From Candidatus Wirthbacteria bacterium (GTDB lineage: Bacteria > Patescibacteriota > CG2-30-54-11): DNA of 64,000 nucleotides. The stretch spans positions 16,096 through 80,095 of the forward strand of contig CAISZI010000047.1 in the NCBI GenBank assembly GCA_903889905.1, in the 5' to 3' direction. Of this stretch, positions 29,252-39,957 are shown piece after piece. Position 1 is the first letter of the stretch. Each line of letters opens with the position of its first letter. The position numbers and the translations under genes were made by a program. The notes under the pieces are model-generated. The model was not told the DNA's origin. It did no database searches and saw only the letters and a list, made by a program, of their open reading frames with translations.

Positions 29252-31669
29252 CTACTTGACTGGCGCTTGCTTGACTGAGCTGTTGATAACCCCACTTTGC
29301 GTTGCGTTGAGCTGGTCCTGAAAAGGTTGCAAAGTAGCGGTATCAGTTGCTTGCACGGCCCTGAGGTGATTGGCGACAGTCAACAAATCCGCTTCGGCCA
29401 AAACAGTCGTCAGGGCAATGTAACCGTCTGTTGTCTTCCACACCAGAACCAGGTGAGGCACTGCTTTTGTTTGTCCGGGGTAAGTAAAAGGATAAAGAAA
29501 AGCGCTGCTGCTGCCAACCTTGACTGTTTTGCTGGAAATTTTGTCCAGGTTATCATAACCATAAGATTTCAAAATTGCCTGTGTGGGATCAGTTTGGGTT
29601 TGCTCAATACTGAGGTATACAGCATCCGCAATTCCAGTTGGCGGGATCAAATCGTAATCTGAACGCAGGGTTCCAATACCGCTGCAGTAGACACCGGTCA
29701 GCTGGGCGGCCATGCCCAATGGTAATTGCTGCGGAACCATGAGTGGCAGCTGTTTTGCAGTTAAAACTTGTTGGATGGTTGGCAAGCTAATACTTTTGGC
29801 CAACGCCACCTGATGATCGGCAACTTGTTGCAGCAAAAGAATTTGTGCTTGATCAGTGGGCCCTAAACGAACCAGCTGGCTTGCAGCAGCAAGCACATCC
29901 TGTTCACCCAATCCGGTGCCAACCAGGTCAAAATATATCCCATTTTCCTCCCAGCTGAGATCAATTGCTGCATCGGTCGTTGCCATGGCAGTTTCCATCA
30001 ATTTGGCAGTAGTGCCACGCACCTGGACAGTTTTTGTCAACACTGACTGACTTTTTGCGTCTGTTGAAGTTCCAAGTCCAAGAGAATGACTACTATGAAT
30101 GGTAGAAGCACCAAAGCGCAGAGTCTGAACCACTGTTGGCGGAGCGCAAGACGCCACCGGATCTGAACCATAATTGCTGTAATTCAAACTAAATAATTGC
30201 CCCAACTGACTATTTGCCGTATCGATCATCTGCTGCCACATTGCCGGACTCATGAAATCTTGCTGATTGGCAGGCCTCCCAATTTCACTATCCGTATAAT
30301 CGACATATTGTAATTCCAACCCTTTGGGCACACTCCCCAGCACAAACACTCCGGTTTTGGCAGTTGTCACCAGCTGCAGCATAGCAACTTTCAAATTGTC
30401 TAAACTGTGCTGCTGCGCCGCGAGATAAGCACTGGTCAAGTCAACAATTTCAACTCCCGCAGGTACCCTGAACTGAAACACGCGGCCAGCTTCGGATTTA
30501 TCAATCGTTTCGGATGTCAAATTCTCGGAACGGTAAAGCAGCGACTGTTTGCCATCGATTTCCACGTACTCTTCATATTTGACGCGCTCAAACGTATTTT
30601 TATCCACCCAAAAGTTGTCGCTGACTCGCCCCCCAATCGGATTGCCAGCCGTGCCGCTGACTGTGCCACCACCAATATTATTCATCGCCACTCCAAAATC
30701 AGACGCTGGTGGACTGGTATAGCTGTACTGTAACCGATAAGTCTGGTGGGCATTGACAGGTTCTTCACCCAACACCTTGACGTCACCATACAGATCCTTG
30801 AGCTTGGTCAAGGTATTGGTTTCGATTTGCGCATTGGCCTGCGCGGCACTGCTGGCAGGGGCATTTTGCGCAGTATTGTAAAGGATGGGAGTCGACGTAT
30901 TGGTCATGGTTGAAGAGTTAGCTGCCAAATCATCACCATAGAGCAATTGCGTGTTTTCTTTAGAAGCTTTTTTGGCACCCCCCATGTAAGTCCAATCCCA
31001 TCCATCTTTGTGCATCATCATATCGGTGACTTTGCCAGACTGGTCGGAAGCGATGGTATAGCTCCATTCGCCAAAATTCCAGGTTTCGTTGTTGGAAGTC
31101 TGACAATGGTAATCGCCCGTTTCGTCCCCTTTTGCAGTCACCTGCGGCGGAGCGTTCTGCCACTCCAGTGGCATGGCGCTGCTGGAACAAGTCGTAATGC
31201 GCTCGACGACGTGCTGGATGGCAATATTTTGGGAGGAATGGGTACTTAATTTGTTGACCGCATTGGTCAAAATCGTCTGGGCCGAAACTACCTGGCGTTT
31301 GAACACGCCCTTGATCTCCGGCGCAAAGACGACGTAAGCGCCAATACCCAGCACCAGGATCACCATCGCAGCCAAACGAAACAGATGAATAGCCCTACGA
31401 CTAATTGTCCACACGTGTCTTTGCTTGCCTGGTTGGGGTACTTGTTGGTCTGCGGATAAATCTTTGTTGACCAGTTGTTCCTGAATGCGGGTCTTTAACG
31501 CCTGATAAAAAGCGGGACGCGAGTCATACGCCTGTCGTTGCTCCAAAAATGCTTGCAGCAATGTCGCTTCCTCGGCCGAAAGCGGCGGCAATTCGTGCTT
31601 TCTGCCCTGCAATAACACATCCAAATACAGATCAATTTTTTCTAAACTTTGCCTTGGTATGGAATTCAT
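29252..31669 (-). CDS. Anti-sigma factor: short cytoplasmic domain, one TM helix, ~680-aa extracytoplasmic sensor domain
   Basis: ATG at 31667-31669 overlaps the sigma-gene stop (ATGA); ~70-aa cytoplasmic N-terminus, TM helix LAAMVILVLGIGAYVVF; large extracellular region with a RsiV-like beta-rich look. Confidence 0.65.
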   Translation of the reverse strand: MNSIPRQSLEKIDLYLDVLLQGRKHELPPLSAEEATLLQAFLEQRQAYDSRPAFYQALKTRIQEQLVNKDLSADQQVPQPGKQRHVWTISRRAIHLFRLAAMVILVLGIGAYVVFAPEIKGVFKRQVVSAQTILTNAVNKLSTHSSQNIAIQHVVERITTCSSSAMPLEWQNAPPQVTAKGDETGDYHCQTSNNETWNFGEWSYTIASDQSGKVTDMMMHKDGWDWTYMGGAKKASKENTQLLYGDDLAANSSTMTNTSTPILYNTAQNAPASSAAQANAQIETNTLTKLKDLYGDVKVLGEEPVNAHQTYRLQYSYTSPPASDFGVAMNNIGGGTVSGTAGNPIGGRVSDNFWVDKNTFERVKYEEYVEIDGKQSLLYRSENLTSETIDKSEAGRVFQFRVPAGVEIVDLTSAYLAAQQHSLDNLKVAMLQLVTTAKTGVFVLGSVPKGLELQYVDYTDSEIGRPANQQDFMSPAMWQQMIDTANSQLGQLFSLNYSNYGSDPVASCAPPTVVQTLRFGASTIHSSHSLGLGTSTDAKSQSVLTKTVQVRGTTAKLMETAMATTDAAIDLSWEENGIYFDLVGTGLGEQDVLAAASQLVRLGPTDQAQILLLQQVADHQVALAKSISLPTIQQVLTAKQLPLMVPQQLPLGMAAQLTGVYCSGIGTLRSDYDLIPPTGIADAVYLSIEQTQTDPTQAILKSYGYDNLDKISSKTVKVGSSSAFLYPFTYPGQTKAVPHLVLVWKTTDGYIALTTVLAEADLLTVANHLRAVQATDTATLQPFQDQLNATQSGVINSSVKQAPVK

Positions 31670-32232
31670 GGATTGCCCTCCGGCATGAGAAATTGGGGAC
31701 CGACTTGACGCAGGGTCTGCAGTGCCCTGTATTGCCAAACTTTAATGTTATTTTCACTGGTAGCCAACGTTGCTGCGGTTTCCTCTCGCGTCAGATTGCG
31801 ATAAAACCGCCAGTACACTACTTTGGCCTGTTGCTCAGGCAGTACTTTGAGCAGTTGCGTAAGAATGGTTTCATCCGACAGATCTATCGCTGGACGCTGC
31901 TTGCCATGCTCGACAAAGGACTCTTCGCCCTTGGTTTCCAGCAACAAATCAATGGATTCAACCGGCATCTGGTAATGCTGTAACCAAAAGGTTTTGATTT
32001 TATTCGCCGTGATGCCAAAAAGCCAGGCACGGAAAGTAGCGGTCAGCGTCACGTGGCGCAACTCTTCGCAAACACTCAAAAATACATCCTGTGTGATGTC
32101 CTCGGCTTCAGTCGCAGAACTGACTTTCTGACGGACAAAACGGTAAAGTGGCAAAAAATACCGCTCATAAAGTTGAACAAAAGCTTCGTCCTGGCCATTT
32201 TGAAAGCTGCTTACCAGCTGCTCATCATGCAT
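31666..32232 (-). CDS. ECF-type RNA polymerase sigma-70 family factor
   Basis: Region 2 (FVQLYERYFLPLYRFV...DITQDVFL) and region 4 (LPEQQAKVVYWRFYRNLTREETAATL) signatures; 188 aa. Confidence 0.85.
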   Translation of the reverse strand: MHDEQLVSSFQNGQDEAFVQLYERYFLPLYRFVRQKVSSATEAEDITQDVFLSVCEELRHVTLTATFRAWLFGITANKIKTFWLQHYQMPVESIDLLLETKGEESFVEHGKQRPAIDLSDETILTQLLKVLPEQQAKVVYWRFYRNLTREETAATLATSENNIKVWQYRALQTLRQVGPQFLMPEGNP

Positions 32233-32321
32233 TGCAATCCATGTTTTAATTGGCTTTCCACAAATGAAGTATGCAAGACGGGTACAGCCCCACCCACCAC
32301 CGGCTTAAACCACCAACGCTG

Positions 32322-33287
32322 TCAGCCATGTGACGCCAGATAGTCATCCACAAATTCTTGCCCCTTCCTTGAATTTGCCATGGCCCAATCCCTGATGGCC
32401 TCAATGCCTTCCCGATGCTTTTCCTGCGCCGTTGCTTGTGCTGCCGCGATAATTCGTTGCCAAGTTGGCGTAAATTCAGGGTTGTTGCCCACCAACGCTG
32501 CGATCACCGCGTCCGATTGCAGTGTTTGCATCGGCCTTCGATTCCAATACAGCAAATCGTCGACGGCGGCATACTCATGACGATAAACTTCGTCAGGTGG
32601 ATACGATGTCGCGCTGTCAGAAAAAAGTGGTTTGGCAGAATGCGGCAAAGAGAGACGGCTTTCTTGCACCTCGGTATAAAGGAGATTGCGTTGAACGCCG
32701 GTCTGGCCGCACTGGTTGATTAAATCCGCCAGATTCAAAAGCAGGATATTGGTAAAAATTTCAGGTGCCCTGTGTTGCAGTGCACTGAGTTGTGACAGCA
32801 CTGCATGCTTGTGTTCACGGTGATTGTCGGCATGTAGAACACCGGCGGCACCATGCAACATACAAGCCATGTGCAGTTCTTCCCAGGGAATGTTTCCCCT
32901 TAGCTGCTGTTTGCGGTAAATGTCACCCAGGGCCACTGAACCAAGCTCAGCGTGCAAACCATCGCTGCTGCCGGGCGCCATGTGATAATAACCAACGTCA
33001 TGAAATAGACATTGCTTGAACAGCGCCCGTTTCCGTTCTGGTGGTAACTCCAACCCGGCACGGGTGGAGATTTCGATCGCTGTCCTGAAATTACTACAGG
33101 CGTGGGCGAGGTCATGCACACCATCATGCGGAAGATGCTCCGCCGCGGTCCGAAGTAGTCCCTGCAATTCCGCGGCATCAAACAGCTCACCAATCCAGGC
33201 TGTAACTTCCACTTCCAACCACACGCTATCCTCGTCCTGCCGGGTGCCCTCCTCCGACCAAGTTGTTTCAGCTTCTTTGTCCACCAT
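32322..33287 (-). CDS. HD-domain-like hydrolase, first gene of the sigma/anti-sigma operon
   Basis: H...HD...H...H...D spacing (HDLAHACSN; LFHDVGYYH; LHGAAG); 321 aa; same strand and immediately upstream of the ECF sigma gene. Confidence 0.45.
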   Translation of the reverse strand: MVDKEAETTWSEEGTRQDEDSVWLEVEVTAWIGELFDAAELQGLLRTAAEHLPHDGVHDLAHACSNFRTAIEISTRAGLELPPERKRALFKQCLFHDVGYYHMAPGSSDGLHAELGSVALGDIYRKQQLRGNIPWEELHMACMLHGAAGVLHADNHREHKHAVLSQLSALQHRAPEIFTNILLLNLADLINQCGQTGVQRNLLYTEVQESRLSLPHSAKPLFSDSATSYPPDEVYRHEYAAVDDLLYWNRRPMQTLQSDAVIAALVGNNPEFTPTWQRIIAAAQATAQEKHREGIEAIRDWAMANSRKGQEFVDDYLASHG

Positions 33288-33366
33288 CGTTCAGGATTAA
33301 AAGGTAAGGGCACCATGTTAACACAAAACTGACGCTTGCTTCATTTCTTTTGGCGACTCTAATTAC

Positions 33367-33395
33367 TTGACATGTTAACTATTTACATTTATAGT
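33367..33395 (+). promoter_or_regulatory. Consensus-like sigma70 promoter (TTGACA-17-TATAGT) for the LUD/MarR/MFS operon
   Basis: TTGACA at 33367-33372, 17-nt spacer, TATAGT at 33390-33395, about 30 nt upstream of the ATG at 33429. Confidence 0.55.
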
Positions 33396-33428
33396 ATGAG
33401 ATGCAAAATTACTTTAACGGAGAAACCT

Positions 33429-34040
33429 ATGTCTTACGAACAAATTCCCGACCAAGCAACGATCACTGCCACGATTGACGCGCTCAAGGCAAACGGCATG
33501 AACGCCCAGTTCGTCGCCACAGCGGCCGACGCCAAAGCCAAAGTGCTGGAAATGATTCCTACAGGCTCTGAAGTTATGACCATGAGCTCCCAAACCCTGC
33601 TCGAAACAGGTATTGCCCAGGCTATTAACGAGAGCGGCAAGTTTGTCTCATTGCACAAACAGCTTTATTCTCTGGACCGCGCCAAAGACGGACAGCGCAT
33701 GCAGGAAATCGGTGCCGCGCCACCCATCACCATTGGCAGCGTTCAGGCGATCTCAGCCAAAGGCGCAGTGATGATTGCTTCCATGACCGGCAGTCAACTT
33801 GGTGCTTATTCCTACGGCGCCGGCAAAGTCATCTGGGTCGTGGGTGCCCAAAAGCTCGTTACCGACCTGATGCAGGCTATGGATCGGCTGGAAAAATATG
33901 TGCTGCCACTCGAAAGCGAACGCGCACACAAAGCCTATGGCGTTCCCGGCAGTGTCATTGCCAAAGTTTTGCTGGTCAACAAAGAAATCACCCCGGGCCG
34001 TATCGAAGTCATCATTGTTGGCGAAAAGTTAGGTTATTAA
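33429..34040 (+). CDS. LUD-domain protein (LutC/YkgG-like, DUF162)
   Basis: GGAG RBS 8 nt upstream; sequence resembles the LutC family (GIAQAINESG ... IGAAPPITIG ... VIWVVGAQK). Confidence 0.75.
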   Translation: MSYEQIPDQATITATIDALKANGMNAQFVATAADAKAKVLEMIPTGSEVMTMSSQTLLETGIAQAINESGKFVSLHKQLYSLDRAKDGQRMQEIGAAPPITIGSVQAISAKGAVMIASMTGSQLGAYSYGAGKVIWVVGAQKLVTDLMQAMDRLEKYVLPLESERAHKAYGVPGSVIAKVLLVNKEITPGRIEVIIVGEKLGY

Positions 34041-34057
34041 CATGACTGGAGGTCGAC

Positions 34058-34540
34058 ATGACCTCAGCCCAATGCCAGATGTACCGGCAGATCTCTTATA
34101 ATCTGTATATTGCTTTCATCCTACATCAGCGGCATACGGAGCAGATCCTGCGCGATGAATTAAACCTGTCTTTCTCGTTCTTTATGATTTTGATGGCAGT
34201 TGACCGGGATTCCGTCCATTGTCAAAAACACATTGCGACGTTTCTGCAACTCACCCCAGCTGCCATCAGCCGCCAGGTTAACCTGCTGGTCAAGGATAAA
34301 CTGATCAAACGGCGTGTCAATGCCAAAAACCGCCGCGAATACTCGCTCGAACTAACGGATACAGGCAAACAAAACCTCGACAAAGCCTATCAAGCATTGG
34401 ATCGGCACCGCGCCAAAATGCTCAACGACATAGCCTGCACAGATCTGGATCAACTGAATAACTTCCTGATCAACCTGATCGCTCACCTTGGACCGAATGA
34501 TAATCCCCTGCTGCAGTTTCAGCAGGAGGGTTTAAATTAA
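34058..34540 (+). CDS. MarR-family transcriptional regulator
   Basis: Winged-helix HTH (IATFLQLTPAAISRQVNLLVKDKLIKRRVNAKNRREYSLELT). Confidence 0.85.
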   Translation: MTSAQCQMYRQISYNLYIAFILHQRHTEQILRDELNLSFSFFMILMAVDRDSVHCQKHIATFLQLTPAAISRQVNLLVKDKLIKRRVNAKNRREYSLELTDTGKQNLDKAYQALDRHRAKMLNDIACTDLDQLNNFLINLIAHLGPNDNPLLQFQQEGLN

Positions 34541-34565
34541 TTAATAAATTATCACTAACTTAGAC

Positions 34566-35831
34566 ATGAACAATCGTAAAAGGGTTTTACCCCTCATTTT
34601 GCTCACAATCTTCGTGGATCTGCTTGGCTATGGAATATTGATACCCGTCATCCCACTGCTGCTGGCTGCGCCGCGATCCCCCTATTACCTGCTGCCACAT
34701 GGATGGACGATGAGTCAGGGCTTTATCCTGCTTGGGTACCTCTCAGCTATTTATCCACTGATGCAGTTTATTGCCACGCCTATTTTGGGCGAACTCTCGG
34801 ACAAATACGGCCGCAAAAAACTGCTCGCGATTTCCCTGGGTGGAACATGTATCTCCTATGTACTGTTTGCCATTGGCATATTGACCAAAAACATCCCACT
34901 GCTTTTCTTTTCCCGCGCCCTGGATGGCATCACGGGTGGCAATATTTCCGTCGCCCAAGCTGCACTGGCCGACATCACCGAACCCAAAGATCGCGCCAAA
35001 ACATTTGGCATGATTGGGGCAGCTTTTGGCCTTGGTTTTATTATCGGTCCGTACATTGGTGGCAAGTTATCCGACCCAGGTATCGTCAGTTGGTTTAATG
35101 CGGCAACACCGTTTTGGTTTGCTGCAGTCCTAAGCCTGATCAATACGACCAGCATCATTTTGTTCTTTAGTGAAACACTGCAACAGAAGAAAAAAGACCT
35201 CAAAATCACCCTGACCAAAGCGGTTACCAATATTTACCGCGCCTTTAGCATGCAAAACATCCGTGCTGTGCTGCTGAGCCAGTTCTTCCTCCAGGGAGGA
35301 TTCGCCTTTTTCACCACGTTTTTCTCGGTCTATCTGATCAACAAATTCGGCTTTACCCAGGGACGCATTGGTGACTTCTTCTCGTATGTTGGGCTGTGGG
35401 TCGTGGTCGCACAGGCATTTATCCTGCGTCTGGTGACCAAGCGCTTCAAAGAACCAGAAATCCTGCGTGTCAGCCTGCTTGGCTTTGCGGTATTTATCTA
35501 CCTCAACATTGTACCGACGCACAGTTGGCAGATTTTCCTGGTCACGCCGTTATTTGCTATCTTCAATGGTCTCAGCCAAGCCAACATGACCAGTCTGGTC
35601 AGCAAATCAGCCGACGCCTCTGTTCAAGGTGAAATGCTGGGCATCAACGCCTCGATCCAATCGCTCGCCATGAGTATCCCCCCGATTTTATCCGGGTATA
35701 TCGCTGCCAACCTCGAACCTAATGCACCGATCATTGTCTCGGCGGCCACCATCTTTGTGGCCTGGTTATGCTTTGTGTTGTGGTATAAACCACGTCCTGT
35801 GGCAAAACCGGAATGGGTTGAAAAATCCTAA
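34566..35831 (+). CDS. MFS efflux transporter (TetA/drug:H+ antiporter-like)
   Basis: 12 TM helices; motif A GELSDKYGRKKLL between TM2 and TM3. Confidence 0.9.
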   Translation: MNNRKRVLPLILLTIFVDLLGYGILIPVIPLLLAAPRSPYYLLPHGWTMSQGFILLGYLSAIYPLMQFIATPILGELSDKYGRKKLLAISLGGTCISYVLFAIGILTKNIPLLFFSRALDGITGGNISVAQAALADITEPKDRAKTFGMIGAAFGLGFIIGPYIGGKLSDPGIVSWFNAATPFWFAAVLSLINTTSIILFFSETLQQKKKDLKITLTKAVTNIYRAFSMQNIRAVLLSQFFLQGGFAFFTTFFSVYLINKFGFTQGRIGDFFSYVGLWVVVAQAFILRLVTKRFKEPEILRVSLLGFAVFIYLNIVPTHSWQIFLVTPLFAIFNGLSQANMTSLVSKSADASVQGEMLGINASIQSLAMSIPPILSGYIAANLEPNAPIIVSAATIFVAWLCFVLWYKPRPVAKPEWVEKS

Positions 35832-36136
35832 AACCAATCAACTGATGCATCACTAGATTCACTTCGATGACAACGTCCATACCCCAGCGAGATCAAAACA
35901 GCGTCTAAATTCACCAATATTGGCTCAATTCTCTCTCTCCATCCCCTGGGACGAAGATCCAATAATGACAAAAGCAATTGACAGCAATCAACTCCTGCAT
36001 TGGCTTGGATTCTTTCCTCGTATAAGGCGGGTTGATCTTCATCCCCCTCCACACTCAAGGTAAAATTATGCTCTATTTGAGTGAGCGCTTTTTTAAATTG
36101 AGCGGATTCCCAGCTAACATCAAGAAATTCTTGCAC
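35828..36136 (-). CDS. Hypothetical small protein (weak call)
   Basis: 102-aa ORF in the AT-rich spacer; overlaps the MFS stop by 4 nt; no motif. Confidence 0.2.
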   Translation of the reverse strand: MQEFLDVSWESAQFKKALTQIEHNFTLSVEGDEDQPALYEERIQANAGVDCCQLLLSLLDLRPRGWRERIEPILVNLDAVLISLGYGRCHRSESSDASVDWF

Positions 36137-36390
36137 TAGTTGTGATTGATAAATGTAATCGATTGTCCACCCCCGCAGATGACTAAAAAATCAGGTAGCT
36201 ATTTTAGCACATCGCAGCAGAAATGCTTATAAATGCACTAGTCTCTGGCCAAGTATTAATACTCACCCTAAATTAGTGCAAGTAATCATACAATTCCCGC
36301 GTTAAATCCAAACTGTCAAAACAAACTTGACGCGGCGGGCTCCTGTGTTACTCTATATTGAGAGGTCTAACCAAAACCAAAGGAGCCCTG

Positions 36391-39300
36391 ATGCCCAAAA
36401 ACATGATCACGATCGATGGGAATACCGCTGCCGCCCACGTCGCGTACGGATTCAGTGAAGTTGCAGCCATTTACCCCATCACGCCATCATCGACTATGGG
36501 CGAACTGGCTGACGAATGGGCCAGCCACAAAAAAAAGAACATGTTTGGCGAAATCGTCCGCGTCGTCGAGATGCAGTCCGAAGCGGGTGCTGCAGGTGCC
36601 ATTCATGGCTCACTTTCGGCAGGTGCACTGACCACAACATTTACAGCTTCGCAAGGCCTGCTGCTGATGCTGCCCAACATGTTCAAAATTGCCGGCGAAC
36701 TGCTGCCGACCGTTTTCCATATTGCAGCAAGAAGTCTCGCCTACCATTCTCTCTCCATCTACGGTGACCATTCCGATGTCATGGCCGCACGCTCGACCGG
36801 TTTTGCCATGCTGGCTTCGGGATCGGTACAGGAAGTCAATGACCTGGCCATGGTGGCACACCTCTCAACGCTTGCAACCCGCGTCCCTTTTCTGCACTTC
36901 TTTGATGGTTTCCGCACCTCCAGCGAAGTCCAGAAAGTCGACCAGATCGATTACGCCACCATGAAAACCCTCGTGGACATGGCCAAAATCCGGGAATTCC
37001 GCGACGCAGCGCTCAAACCCGAACATCCGTATTCCAAAGTCGGCGCCCAGAATCCCGACGTTTATTTCCAGGGTCGTGAAGCCTCCAACAGCTATTACAA
37101 TGCCGTGCCCGCCGCGGTCAAACAATTCATGGCCAAGGTCAAAGACCTGACCGGCCGCGAATACAATTTGTTTGACTACGTTGGCGCGCCTGATGCAACC
37201 AAGATCATCGTCTCCATGGGTTCCTCAATCGAAACCGTGGAAGAAACCGTCAAATACCTCAATGCCAAAGGCGACAAAGTGGGTCTGGTCAAAGTCCGCC
37301 TGTTCCGTCCTTTCAGCGTCGAAGACATTATCAAAGTGATCCCGGCAAGCGTCCGCAAGATTGCTGTCCTGGATCGCACCAAGGAATCCGGCGCCATTGG
37401 CGAACCGCTCTACATGGACGTGGTCACAGCGCTCAAGGATCGCAAGGATACCCTCATCATCGGCGGACGCTACGGACTTTCGTCCAAGGAATTCACGCCT
37501 TCCATGGCCAAAGTAGTCTTTGACCACCTCGACAACAAAGCTTTCCATAGTTTCACGGTTGGTATTGATGACGACGTGACGCACCTCAGCATTCCAGTCA
37601 ACGAAGAAATCGAAGCCGAGCCAGCTGATGTGACCCGTTGCATGTTCTGGGGACTTGGATCGGACGGTACCGTGGGCGCCAACAAGAATTCGATCAAGAT
37701 CATTGGTGAATCCACGGACATGAACGCCCAGGGGTACTTTGCCTACGACAGCCACAAATCTGGCGGTATCACGGTTTCACACCTCCGATTTGGCAAAAGC
37801 GAAATTCACGCGCCCTACTTGATAGCTCATGCCGACTTTATTGCCCTGCACAATTACGCCTTTATTGGCAAATATCCGGTGTTGGACAACATCAAAGACG
37901 GTGGCACCTTTCTACTCAATGCTCCCTGGCCCAAAGAAGAAGCCTTTAACCACCTCACCCGCGACATGCAACAACTGATCATCGACAAACATGTCAAATT
38001 CTATGTCATCGACGCTGATGCGATTGCCAAAGAAGTCGGGCTCAAGGGCCGCATCAACACCGTCATGCAAGCCGCCTTCTTTGAAATTTCCAACGTTTTA
38101 CCCAAAGATGAAGCGATTGAGTTGATCAAAAAATACATTCACAAAACCTTTGAACGCAAAGGCGACGAAATTGTGCAGATGAACTGGAACGCCGTGGACA
38201 AAGCTTCCGAGGCACTGGATCCCGTGCATGTCCCAGACCAGATCACCTCGTTTGCGGCCGAGAAGGAAAGCATTCACGACGCCATGGCCTTTGCCATGGA
38301 CGTCATCTCGCCGATCATCCGCATGAAAGGCGATAGCATCCCGGTTTCCAAAATGCCTGTGGACGGCAAAGTCCCCACCGGCACCACCAGACTAGAAAAA
38401 CGCGGCGTGGCCAAGGAAATCCCGCATTGGCTCAGTGAAAAATGCATTCAGTGTGGCACCTGTTCCTTTGTCTGCCCGCATGCCGCCATCCGCATCAAAC
38501 AAATCGAACCTGACAAATTAAATGGCGCTCCCACCAGTTTCAACACATTAAAATCCACGACCAAAAACGAACGCAACCTGATGTTCAAAGTCCAGGTATT
38601 TCCCGAAGACTGCACTGGCTGCGGACTGTGCATCAATAGCTGTCCCAAACAGGCACTTGAGTACCGCCCCATAGAAGGCGAACGTCAAGCCGGCGAAAAT
38701 GCCAACGAAGCCTTCTTCGAAGCTTTACCCGACAACATCACTGACGGCACTGTGCTTGCCACGATCAAAGGCAGCCAACTCAAAAAGCCACTCTTTGAAT
38801 TCTCCGGCGCCTGCGACGGTTGCGGTGAAACACCCTACATCAAATTGCTCACCCAGCTCTTTGGCGAACGTATGATCATTGCCAATGCCACAGGTTGTAC
38901 GTCCATTGTCAGCGGCACATTCCCCACGATTCCCTACACCAAACTCGCCGACGGCCGCGGTCCCGCCTGGGCCAACTCATTGTTTGAAGACAATGCCGAA
39001 TACGGTCTCGGCATGCGCGTCGCCGTGGATGCCAACCGCGACAAACTCAAAAACAACATCACCCAGTTCATGGCCGAAGCGGGTTATGACACGCTCAGGG
39101 GATTATTTCAGCAATCGTTGGACAACTGGTCGGACAATTCCGATGCCGCCTATCAGCGGTCGCTCGCGACCAAGGCAGAAATTGCCAACATGATGCAATA
39201 CGCGCAGGGCAATGCCCGGGAATTCCTGATCGTGATCGACGAACTCCAAGACTACCTTATGGACAAATCCGTCTGGTGCATTGGTGGTGACGGCTGGGCC

Positions 39301-39957
39301 TATGACATCGGTTTTGGTGGCCTCGACCATGTCCTCGCCTCTAACCATAAACTCAAAATTCTCGTGCTGGACACAGAAGTCTACTCCAACACCGGTGGCC
39401 AGGCCTCCAAAGCTACACCCATGGGTGCCATGGCCAAATTTGCCGCGAGCGGCAAGGAAACCACCAAAAAAAACCTCGGGCTGATGATGATGAGCTATGG
39501 TTACGTTTATGTCGCCTCAGTGGACATGGGCGGCAACCGTATGCAGGTAATCAAAGCCCTGGCCGAAGCCGAAGCTTATGATGGCCCCGCGATTGTCATT
39601 GCCTACGCCACCTGCATCAACCACGGCATCACCATGGCCAATGGTCAGGGAATTGAAAAACGCGCCGCCGACAGTGGCTACTGGCCCATCTATCGCTACA
39701 ACCCGGCACTCGCCAAAGAAGGCAAAAATCCCTTCTCCTTCGAATCCCCCAACATGACCTTCCCCTACATCGACTTCCTCCTGGAAGAAACCCGCTACAA
39801 AGCGCTCCAAAAAGAACAACCCGAACGCGCCGCCGCCCTCTTCAAACTCGCCGAAGAAACCTCCAAAGCCCGCTACGAGTACTACAAAAACCTGGCCTCG
39901 ATCAACCCGATCACTCCGATGGCTACGCCGGTAGCGCCTGCGGCTCCTCAACCGTAA
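36391..39957 (+). CDS. por: Pyruvate:ferredoxin (flavodoxin) oxidoreductase, homodimeric single-polypeptide type (NifJ/PFOR)
   Basis: 1189 aa; N-terminal MPKNMITIDGNTAAAHVAYGFSEVAAIYPITPSS; two CxxCxxCxxxCP ferredoxin motifs; TPP-binding GDGW...D motif; the track start at 36358 is a TTG and the ATG 33 nt downstream has a GGAG RBS. Confidence 0.95.
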   Translation: MPKNMITIDGNTAAAHVAYGFSEVAAIYPITPSSTMGELADEWASHKKKNMFGEIVRVVEMQSEAGAAGAIHGSLSAGALTTTFTASQGLLLMLPNMFKIAGELLPTVFHIAARSLAYHSLSIYGDHSDVMAARSTGFAMLASGSVQEVNDLAMVAHLSTLATRVPFLHFFDGFRTSSEVQKVDQIDYATMKTLVDMAKIREFRDAALKPEHPYSKVGAQNPDVYFQGREASNSYYNAVPAAVKQFMAKVKDLTGREYNLFDYVGAPDATKIIVSMGSSIETVEETVKYLNAKGDKVGLVKVRLFRPFSVEDIIKVIPASVRKIAVLDRTKESGAIGEPLYMDVVTALKDRKDTLIIGGRYGLSSKEFTPSMAKVVFDHLDNKAFHSFTVGIDDDVTHLSIPVNEEIEAEPADVTRCMFWGLGSDGTVGANKNSIKIIGESTDMNAQGYFAYDSHKSGGITVSHLRFGKSEIHAPYLIAHADFIALHNYAFIGKYPVLDNIKDGGTFLLNAPWPKEEAFNHLTRDMQQLIIDKHVKFYVIDADAIAKEVGLKGRINTVMQAAFFEISNVLPKDEAIELIKKYIHKTFERKGDEIVQMNWNAVDKASEALDPVHVPDQITSFAAEKESIHDAMAFAMDVISPIIRMKGDSIPVSKMPVDGKVPTGTTRLEKRGVAKEIPHWLSEKCIQCGTCSFVCPHAAIRIKQIEPDKLNGAPTSFNTLKSTTKNERNLMFKVQVFPEDCTGCGLCINSCPKQALEYRPIEGERQAGENANEAFFEALPDNITDGTVLATIKGSQLKKPLFEFSGACDGCGETPYIKLLTQLFGERMIIANATGCTSIVSGTFPTIPYTKLADGRGPAWANSLFEDNAEYGLGMRVAVDANRDKLKNNITQFMAEAGYDTLRGLFQQSLDNWSDNSDAAYQRSLATKAEIANMMQYAQGNAREFLIVIDELQDYLMDKSVWCIGGDGWAYDIGFGGLDHVLASNHKLKILVLDTEVYSNTGGQASKATPMGAMAKFAASGKETTKKNLGLMMMSYGYVYVASVDMGGNRMQVIKALAEAEAYDGPAIVIAYATCINHGITMANGQGIEKRAADSGYWPIYRYNPALAKEGKNPFSFESPNMTFPYIDFLLEETRYKALQKEQPERAAALFKLAEETSKARYEYYKNLASINPITPMATPVAPAAPQP

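Noticed and set aside
36358-36390. TTG-initiated 11-codon N-terminal extension of the PFOR ORF
   Set aside because: The ATG about 33 nt downstream carries a GGAG RBS and gives the canonical MPKNMITIDGN PFOR N-terminus. Exact coordinates near 36360 are uncertain because that printed sequence line appears one base short.
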